Shown here in pieces: positions 1-7,669 of a DNA stretch of 10,971 nucleotides. The stretch covers positions 1 to 10,971 of the forward strand of contig NW_021827310.1 in the NCBI RefSeq assembly GCF_006345805.1. The letters run 5' to 3'. A model generated the notes under the pieces. The model was not told where the DNA came from and did no database searches. It saw nothing but the letters and a program-made list of their open reading frames with translations. This DNA comes from Octopus sinensis. Lineage: Eukaryota. Position numbers and translations under genes: made by a program. Every line of letters begins with the position of its first letter. The first letter of the stretch is position 1.

Positions 1-170
1 AACAAAAGACGAGGACAGGTGGCGTAGACAACAAACATGTATTAGTGTAACGTTCGGGAAGTGAAAAAGTCTTTAACGTTTCGAGCCTATGCTCTCCACA
101 GGAAGGAACACAGAAAGAAACAGGGAGAGAAAATAAAGAATGTGAAGTGGCTAGCGATCTATCATAGCGA
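1..170 (-). mobile_element. Probable Penelope-like terminal fragment with a degenerate minimal hammerhead at 71-105
   Basis: Minus strand reads CUUC-CUGUGGA-GAGC-AUAG-GCUC-GAAA-CGU-U-AAAG: perfect 4-bp stem II, GAAAC, palindromic ACGU stem III and a one-base core deviation (A6U). Element boundaries are approximate. Confidence 0.45.
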
Positions 171-339
171 ATGATATATATATCACAACCTTACTGTTTC
201 ACATCCAATTAAATCGAACGTATGAATAAAAGATGTTTAACTTTTAGAAGTATACACACGCCAATCAGTATATGATTCGTGGGTTTTTTCTGTGTTTTGA
301 ATAAAGAAAAAAGTAGATACAGACATATACATATATTTG

Positions 340-490
340 TGTGCAAATAGACACGCTCGCACACACACACACACACACATACACATACATACATGCGTAC
401 ATACGCACATACATATATTTATGTATATGTATATGTACGAATCTATGTATGTATGTAAGTATGTATGTATGTATATATATATATATATAA
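340..490. repeat. (CA)n/(TA)n/(TATG)n microsatellite
   Basis: Directly visible. Confidence 0.95.
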
Positions 491-571
491 TAATAATAAA
501 TATTAGGGAATAATCCAAATTTACAGGGAAAAATCAGATTTAGGATTCAATCCAATTTAATAGTAAAATAT

Positions 572-740
572 TATATAATATTAATTAGAGACAAAACCAC
601 TATTATGCAAATCAAACAAAGAAAGACTTAATCCAATACATAAAAAAAAATTAATATAAAGTAATGTATCTTTATGTATTGATTAAGTCTTTCTTGTTTG
701 ATTTGCAAAATAGTGGTTTGTCTCTAATTAATATTATATA
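572..740. repeat. Inverted repeat, about 70-bp arms with a 26-nt loop
   Basis: 572-644 matches the reverse complement of 671-740, differing by 1 substitution and 3 single-base indels in short runs. Confidence 0.9.
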
Positions 741-752
741 TATAATATATAT

Positions 753-783
<31 letters not shown>

Positions 784-790
784 CTATATA

Positions 791-1005
791 GACGACGAGT
801 GCTGAGACGTTCCTGGATTTGGGTAACAAAACGCGGGAGGATCAGTTGATTATGATTTTATCCACATATTTCCCTCTCCGATTCGCACACTTATATACGT
901 ACGCCCCTTCGGGCTTTCTAAGCCCTGTAAAGAACTCGGAACGTTGACCCTCCAATCAGGCCTCTGCGATACCCTCAAAGCCACGACATTTTCAGCAGCC
1001 CCTCG
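791..1005 (-). mobile_element. Mariner-derived MITE (internally deleted mariner)
   Basis: The right end reads TA|CGAGGGGCTGCTGAAAA on the minus strand, a mariner-type TIR start. A degenerate partner TIR lies at about 791-820, and TA flanks are at 789-790 and 1006-1007. Minus-strand 892->857 encodes KCANRRGKYVDK, resembling the conserved mariner transposase C-terminus (KC....G.YVE), preceded in another frame by LQGLE. Confidence 0.75.
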
Positions 1006-1069
1006 TATATATACACACAAACACAACACCCACGCACACACACTCCCACACACACACAACACACACACA

Positions 1070-1101
<32 letters not shown>

Positions 1102-1196
1102 TATATATTATATATATATATAATATATATGTATATATAATATATATATATGTATGTATATATAATATATACATATATATATATATGAAGAGAGAG
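1006..1196. repeat. (CA)n/(TA)n microsatellite
   Basis: Directly visible. Confidence 0.95.
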
Positions 1197-1198
1197 TT

Positions 1199-1353
1199 AT
1201 CAAAACAGTTTGATTCAAATTCCTTGGTACTCTGAGTTTCAAGCGCGTGGCTAGTCTTCGGCCATTGGACTCTGAATCAGACCCCAGTGGCTAAAGACTA
1301 CCCACACGCCTGAAACTCAGAGTACCAAGGAATCTGAATCAAACTATTTTGAT
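1199..1353. repeat. Near-perfect 155-bp hairpin carrying hammerhead-like motifs on both strands
   Basis: 1199-1268 matches the reverse complement of 1284-1353 at 62/70, with a 15-nt loop that itself contains tctg-aat-caga. Each arm reads UGG-[core]-14 nt-GAAAC-UCAGA-GUA-CCA in its own orientation. Confidence 0.85.
1211..1279 (-). ncRNA. Hammerhead-like motif (U4C core variant, weak stem II)
   Basis: UGAUUCAGA-G-UCC-AA-UGG-CCGAAGA-CUAGCCACGCGCUU-GAAA-CUCAGAGUA^CCA-A-GGA-A-UUUGAAUCA. The extended stem I pairs well. The core differs from CUGANGA at one base, and stem II is poorly closed. Confidence 0.5.
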
Positions 1354-1409
1354 CTATATATATATATACCTCACAATAAATGTGTTGAGTGTCCTTCTTT
1401 CGTTTGTCT

Positions 1410-1498
1410 ACTCACTCATATACATACACACATACACACACACACCCATATGTGTGTGTGTGTTCGTGTGTGTGTGTGTGTCTGTGTGTGTATGTATA
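1410..1498. repeat. (CA)n then (TG)n microsatellite, self-complementary
   Basis: Directly visible. Confidence 0.9.
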
Positions 1499-1789
1499 TT
1501 CTTATAATTATAAGCATAATTATAATTAGGGTTCAGCAAAGAAATTTGCTTCACCACACACCGAAATTTAGAAATAACAGCCAAAACTCACTATTTCTCT
1601 ACCATAATAACGAGTTTTGGCTGATATTTCTAAATTTCTTTGCTGAACCCTAATTATGATTATACTCATAATTATAAGAATTTTTGTTTACGTTTTACCG
1701 ATAGTGGTTCTTTTAACATACCGAACTACTTGGTACAATTATTAATTATTAATTAATTAATTAATTAATTTTATCTTGTATTATTATTG

Positions 1790-1794
<5 letters not shown>
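1499..1794 (-). mobile_element. AT-rich repeat, copy 1, with nested inverted repeats
   Basis: The outer IR is 1499-1547 / 1632-1680 (46/49) and the inner IR is 1564-1589 / 1612-1637 (25/26). It is homologous to 2781-2990, sharing the ataatcaataataa...taaaattaatta end and the ttgctgaaccctaattat segment. Confidence 0.7.
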
Positions 1795-1830
<36 letters not shown>

Positions 1831-2030
1831 ATCATATTATGTTATATTTCAAAAACATGAATGCAAGTGCCTTTTCTGATAATTTTTTCACGTGATAATT
1901 AGATGTTTATAAGTTTGTAAACACATAAACTTCTAATTATTTAATTGGAAAGCTCATCAGAAAATATATTTCTTTTCATTTTTTTCAAGTATTTCATACT
2001 GTGCCAAGCACATTCTATTTCTTATTCTGC

Positions 2031-2036
2031 AATATA

Positions 2037-2085
<49 letters not shown>

Positions 2086-2129
2086 ATATGTATATGTGTG
2101 TGTGTGTGTTTTGTGTGTGTGTGTGTGTA

Positions 2130-2184
<55 letters not shown>
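2031..2184. repeat. (TA)n(TG)n microsatellite
   Basis: Directly visible. Confidence 0.95.
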
Positions 2185-2186
<2 letters not shown>

Positions 2187-2740
2187 TCAGTATGTTTAAA
2201 TCCATTATATATGCAAGTACGCTTAAGCCATATGAAAGACAAAAAGAGGTCTTAATGATTGGTTGATACGAAGTGCATTCAAATTGTATCTGATTTTCTT
2301 TTTTCCTGCTAATCCTTTTGGCCTGAGATGACAACACCCCTCCTGCACACACATGAAAACCCAGCTGCTAAGGTTACGAAAATTTGATAAATGACCGTAG
2401 TTTCTGTGATATTTTACAGAACCTCATCTTTTTTTACACACCATGCACATATAACTGTTGCCTATATTCTGTCAATATTTCGGTGAATTCCAACAATTAA
2501 TTTTTAATTAACGTGTTACGTCATTAATAATTTGAAATGCATTGTATATAAAATGGCCAGCAATTGTTACAGAGCATCGAACTCAGCACCTGGCAAGTTC
2601 CAGCTGAGGGCTTTGTATCGTTGAGCTAAACGACTTCAGACAACTGATATCTTCTTTTATAGTGCTAGGTTTCTGTACAGACCCTACAAAACCTGAAGTT
2701 GCATGGTGCGGAATTAAACTGTTTGAACATATATATATTT

Positions 2741-2780
<40 letters not shown>

Positions 2781-2785
<5 letters not shown>

Positions 2786-2990
2786 CAATAATAAATAAAG
2801 GGTAAAATTAATTAGTTAATTAATTAGTAATAATAATTCCCCCAAGGATACGTTTAGTTGAGTATACGTTGTCTTCTTAAAGTAAAAGAAATAGCTAAGT
2901 TCTTTGGCTGCTATTTCTAATGTTCGGTATGTGGCGAAGCAAATTTTTTTGCTGAACCCTAATTATATATACTCATGATTATAAAAAATA
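2781..2990. mobile_element. AT-rich repeat, copy 2 of the 1499-1794 family
   Basis: About 2885-2985 aligns to the reverse complement of about 1499-1605. 2781-2825 aligns to the reverse complement of about 1750-1794. Confidence 0.7.
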
Positions 2991-3020
2991 ATCTCTCTCT
3001 CTCTGTCTCTCTGTCTATAG

Positions 3021-3055
<35 letters not shown>

Positions 3056-3092
3056 TAGAGAGAGAGAGAGAGCTACATATACACACACACAA

Positions 3093-3177
<85 letters not shown>

Positions 3178-3335
3178 CATATATATATACATATAGATAG
3201 AGATATATAAATTGAGTGCTACCTTCGATTGTTCACGCACTCGTATATAGATAGAAAAATAGATAGATAGATAGATAGAGATAGATAGATAGATAGACAC
3301 AGGGAGAGAGAGAGAGAGGGCGAGAGAGAGAGAGA
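2991..3335. repeat. Compound (CT)/(TA)/(GA)/(CA)/(TG)/(GATA) microsatellite block
   Basis: Directly visible. Confidence 0.95.
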
Positions 3336-3896
3336 TCGCCTACCAAGATTCATGAAGAAGGCATTCACCAACATAAGGAGTGGAATATATCGCAGAAGCA
3401 AATTCTTGCTAAGCAAACATTTTAATCACGCGCCTCCCTCCAGGAACATATCTCTCTTCATTGTCTACGAAGACAATTATATAACATGCCAATTACTTAC
3501 TAATTTACATAGTCCGTTCGTTTCCTTTTTATTATCCATATTTTGGCTTTATATATTAGATTTCTCTTTGTGTAATGCAAATATTAAGAATCCAATAACA
3601 TTTGCCCGTTACTGCTGCATTGTTAGCAATTATGGAAAGAGAAAAAAAAATTCAGATCTTTCATTGAATGTTGGTTCTCAGGTGATTGTTGCAAACAAAA
3701 CACAAAACGAACATCATATACGAAACGAATATAAAAATCAACAGCTAAAAACTAAACACATGAAATCATTTATTGGTATGAAAGAAAGATAACGGAAAAT
3801 GAATATAATCTAATGAAAATTGTGTAAGAAATTATGAAGAAAATGATAACAGCATCTTTTCACAATAACATGTGAAAATATGCGTTATATTACGAT

Positions 3897-3937
3897 TTTA
3901 TTATTATTATCATTAATATTATTATTGTTATTATTTC

Positions 3938-4011
<74 letters not shown>
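3897..4011. repeat. (ATT)n microsatellite
   Basis: Directly visible. Confidence 0.95.
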
Positions 4012-4013
<2 letters not shown>

Positions 4014-4129
4014 ATCAGTGCATGGCCTTGCCTAGATTTATAAGCATCAAAAATATACGCCCTCTCATAAATTCGTTATAAAGTCTTTTAAATTAAAGCT
4101 AAATTTTTTCAGTTTTTCTCTCTTGAAGT

Positions 4130-4420
4130 TATCACCAGATGTTTGGTGCTGGTGAGGACGGTTCGGGTGATTTTGGAAGATATATTTAGAAGGTGGTGAC
4201 GCTGTTGATTTATGAGAGACATAACCCTTCTAATATTTTTAATTTCGACATTATGATTTAATATGAGTCCAATTCCTTTTTTACTAGATAGATCGAAGGA
4301 TATCAGGATGCTATTCCTAACAGGTTGAGTGATTCATAAAGATCGCCTCATTCACTTACCTTAAATTATAAGAATAACCTTCAAGTGGAATCAACCAGTT
4401 TCCATCCAAGCAATGATTTA
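4130..4420 (-). pseudogene. Possible decayed APE-type endonuclease fragment of a non-LTR retrotransposon
   Basis: With one assumed 1-nt deletion, the minus strand gives IIAWME(T)WLIPLEGY from 4417 (compare DII.LQETWL...GY). GIGLIL follows at 4276->4259, then LLNI. There are stops and frameshifts throughout. Confidence 0.4.
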
Positions 4421-4596
4421 AGGAGAATATACCAGAAAGAGTCACACATCCAACGCTTTCTTCTTGAAAACGTCTGATTTAAACTCATCAAAGGGTGAAT
4501 CCGTGGCGCCTAATTAGGAACATCAGGGAGTAGTTCTTCTTGTAGATGTCGCTATTGTATTACTCCAGCCTTGAAAGATAATCCTCATATGTAGAA

Positions 4597-5109
4597 CTAG
4601 CAGTATCGCCCGGCGTTGCTCGGGTTTGTAAGGGAAATAACTATATAAGCATTTTTAGAGAGTTACTTCCCTTATAGATGCCAATTCTGGCTTTCTTAGC
4701 CATTTCTGTTTTGGTATCTTCAAGCCATGAAGTCGTTGTTCTAAAAGAACGCTGGTCTCCTTTACAACGCTTTACGACGTTGATTTCCTTAGACTCCCTT
4801 CCCCACAGCTTTACGAGGGAGGGAAGAAGGGGGAAGAAGCAAACAGGTGCAGGTGTGACCATGGACGCCAACTCCGCCGCCATCGACACACGAAAATTAT
4901 GCATTAAAATGGAATAAAAAATGATTTTAAATTATTTTTAAAATCGTAGACTCATCGTAGACGCGCGCTAATACTCAGACGGGCTTGATATGAATCACGA
5001 CTATAAGATACCTGAATTTGGTTAAACTGCACCGCAAAATGTTGGAGTAGTTAGGAATCTAAATCGAAGGGGACAGACACTCACACAACTACAGTTTTAT
5101 ATATATAGA
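4597..5109 (-). mobile_element. Complete non-autonomous Helitron (513 bp)
   Basis: The minus strand starts A|TCTATATATATAAAA (5109) and ends CTAG|T (4600-4597), giving an AT target site with no TSD. A GC-rich subterminal hairpin, cccgg-cgttgc-tcggg (4609-4624), lies 8 nt from the CTAG. Confidence 0.85.
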
Positions 5110-6232
5110 TATCAGATATCAAGTAGAAAAATTCTGATCTCGAATTTAGAACTCACTCATTCCATTTTATTTGTGTTAACATGTGAATCATAAATGACAT
5201 GTCATACCATAAGCAAGTTGAAACGAATTTGATTGACTGGGAACAGTCGACCGAATTGAACACAATATATTGGTTAATTTATTATTATTATTTATTTTAT
5301 CGATCCGAACGAAATAAAAAAGCAAATAGAATTCAGCGGAAGTTTATATGAGAATAGAAAAAGAGCCATTTGTCTTTAGTTTTATTAAATTTGTTTCCTA
5401 CCTACTTCTATTTGGAATTTAAATTAACACTGTGTAAATAAAATATTTTAAGCTAAGTCTATAAAACATTTACGACATTTAAGTAAATAATTTTCTAATT
5501 ATTCTATCATTTTTCTGTTTAAGAGTACCTATTATAGCTTTTAATTGGAAGAAATATAATTAAGAAAGAATGGAATTCCTAATACAGCTGAAAGATCTTG
5601 AGAACTGTGTGTGTCAGCAGGAAACTAAATTCTTAATATGTTACTTGACTCGTAACTTCCCGTCACTTATGACGAGTTCCTGCCGAGATAGTCTGGGAAG
5701 AGAAAGAGCTACATTTTCAGAAAACAACTCAAAGGGTTGGCTGTTTATATGGTGCTACAAGATTTGTATATTCTTTGTTGCAGAGACACAAGACATGGAA
5801 GTGTAACTTGTTCTCGTTGCCATTATTGATGCTGGTGTCCTTCTATCGTTATTATCTCAGGTGGCCATTCCCAGTTTTCTCTTTTTTCTCTTTTATTTAC
5901 AGTTGACACGATTTGACAGAGGTATATCAACAACTCGTAGTAGGTCTACTGACCGCTAAAAGTTCCCACATTAATCTTCCTCTGCTATTATTATTTCTTC
6001 GTGGTGATTAAATATACAACCAAAGTATTTCGACTTAGTAAAGATATAAGTTAAGGTTTCGAGCATATACCCTTTCTCAGAATAGAGCGGTATATTAGTG
6101 TAGTCCTAAATATATTTTTCCTAGAAAAAAATTATCAATAATTAATAATATCAGGGTAATAAAGATTTTAGAAATGTTTACTATATATGGCCAAGCGTGT
6201 AGAAAAATTAGTCAAGAGACTATATATTATTC

Positions 6233-6736
6233 ATATAAATACAGTGTACATTTAAACACATAAGAGGTATCCGTCATAGGATTCCTTTCACGCTAGAAGG
6301 AACAGCTAAAGTCCAAATCACTATTAGGGATACAAACTCGAAGAGAATGAAGAATAAAAACATTTACCATCTATCTCCTGGACCATTGTTTCAGACATTT
6401 TTTAGCAAATAAAGTAATTTGCTAGGCGAAGTCTTCCTCAGCAGGTACGCCTAGATTAAACATATAAGTACGAGGCAAATCCAGCATGTGCCTCTTGCTC
6501 ATACATTAGAATTTTCAAATCCACCGCGCAAGCGCAGTGTTTTGTGGACAGCATTCTTATTTGCTAAAAAAAGTCTGAAACCATGGTCTAGGAGATAGAT
6601 GGTAAATGTTTTTATTCTTCATTCCCTTCGAGTTTTTATCCCTAATAGTGGTTTGGACTTTAGCTGTTCTTTCTAGCGTGAAAGGAATTCTATGACGGAT
6701 AACTCTTATGTGTTTAAACGTACACTGTATTTATAT
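6233..6736. mobile_element. Fold-back element with 180-bp inverted arms, probably a Penelope-like element terminus derivative
   Basis: 6233-6412 matches the reverse complement of 6557-6736 at 170/180 with no gaps (manual alignment), around a 144-nt spacer. It contains the hammerhead. No target-site duplication seen. The family assignment is inference. Confidence 0.7.
6358..6465 (-). ncRNA. Type I hammerhead ribozyme, apparently intact
   Basis: Minus-strand RNA reads CCUG-CUGAGGA-AGAC-[UUCGCC UAGCAAAU UACUUU AUUUGCUA AAAAAU]-GUCU-GAAA-C-AAUG-GUC^CAGG. Stem I is CCUG/CAGG (6442-6445 with 6377-6380). The core is CUGANGA (6435-6441). Stem II is AGAC/GUCU. GAAA lies at 6389-6392. Stem III is AC/GU with a 4-nt loop, followed by the GUC triplet. 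Stem I extends through AUCUA/UAGAU and AUGUUUA/UAAAUGU. Folded by hand. Confidence 0.85.
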
Positions 6737-6857
6737 TTTTTCCTAAGTAGAAACAGGATGAGAAGCAAACATGTTCCATGGTTTGGGCTGCAAGTAATTT
6801 TTTCCTAGCTCTGCTGATTAGTAACATGACTCACAAGCATATAACAAGTAAATATGA

Positions 6858-7038
6858 AAGGCGGTGAGGTGGCAGAATCGTTAGCACGCCGGACAAGTTG
6901 CTTAGCGTCGTTTCCTCCGTCTTCACTTAATGAGTTCACATTCCGAGGTCGACTTTGCCTTTCATCAAAAAATAAGTCGAGGTAATCGACTTACCCTTGT
7001 CTTCGAAACATGCTGGCCTTGTGCCAAAATTTGAAACC
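6858..7038 (+). mobile_element. tRNA-derived SINE, internally deleted copy
   Basis: A-box-like tggcagaatcg at 6870-6880 and B-box-like gagttcacattcc at 6932-6944, followed by gtcgactttgcctttcatc...ggccttgtgcc, which resembles Octopus SINE bodies as recalled. Confidence 0.75.
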
Positions 7039-7338
7039 GCAAACTAAGTAAATCCGATTCTAAAATTAGGTCTTTAAATCTCTTCGATTAACTGTTACTC
7101 ATCCATCATTTTGTGTATACATGCTGTTTGTAGTAGCAACAAAGAAACGCAGGCAAATAACTTCTACGAATTTGAAAATTTGCCTCAATCTTACAATGTC
7201 AAGGTTTGATCAGATCGATAACAGTTGCGTGTTAAAAATATTTGAAATTTTCACAGAACGTAAACTTGCTCTAAAACCAAACAGGTCATTTGAAATATCA
7301 CACACAAATGTCAAATTTACGAATCTAAAGTTTAACTC

Positions 7339-7669
7339 GTGAGGGCGCGTGGCTTAGTGGTTAGGGCATTCGGCTCATGATCGTAAGGTTGTGAGTTCGA
7401 TTCCCGGCGACGCGTTGTGTCCTTGAGCAAGACACTTTATTTCACGTTGCTCCAGTCCACTCAGCTGGCAAAAATGAGTTGTACTTGTATTTCAAAGGGT
7501 CAGTCTTGTCACTCTCTGTGTCACGCTGATTATCCCCGAGAACTACGTTAAGGGTACACGTGTCTGTGGAATGCTCAGCCATTTGCACGTTAATTTCACG
7601 AGCAAGCTGTTCCGTTGATCGCATCAGCTGGGACGCTCGTCGTCGTAACCGGCGGAGTAAGAGTTAGAG
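7339..7669 (+). mobile_element. Full-length tRNA-derived SINE with a CORE/V-domain-like segment and a 10-bp TSD
   Basis: A box tggcttagtgg (7350-7360), B box gagttcgattcc (7393-7404), and ttgtgtccttgagcaagacactt (about 7415-7437). A short gagt-like tail is present. The direct repeat agtttaactc flanks it at 7329-7338 and 7670-7679. Confidence 0.88.

Noticed and set aside
188-275. Minus-strand GAAACAGUA with upstream CUGAUUG as a hammerhead
   Set aside because: Two core mismatches and no stem I pairing.
2516-2558. TTACGTCA plus TATATAAAATGGCC (CRE-, TATA- and YY1-like cluster)
   Set aside because: Short motifs expected by chance in AT-rich DNA, with no downstream gene evidence.
209-3416. Many 60-130 aa ORFs rich in YI, CV, TH or SL
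   Set aside because: They are translations of dinucleotide microsatellites, which lack stops.
3352-3792. 146-aa plus-strand ORF, the longest non-repeat ORF
   Set aside because: No recognisable domain, AT-driven composition and no clear splice context.
4641-4917. Overlapping 87-aa and 79-aa ORFs
   Set aside because: They lie inside the non-autonomous Helitron, with no Rep/helicase motif.
5875-5960. Polypyrimidine tract plus AG at 5901-5902, a possible splice acceptor
   Set aside because: Only a short unrecognised peptide (LTRFDRGISTTRSRSTDR*) follows. It cannot be supported without RNA data.
6858-7410. tRNA-like A/B boxes as tRNA genes
   Set aside because: No cloverleaf; they continue into SINE bodies, one with a TSD.
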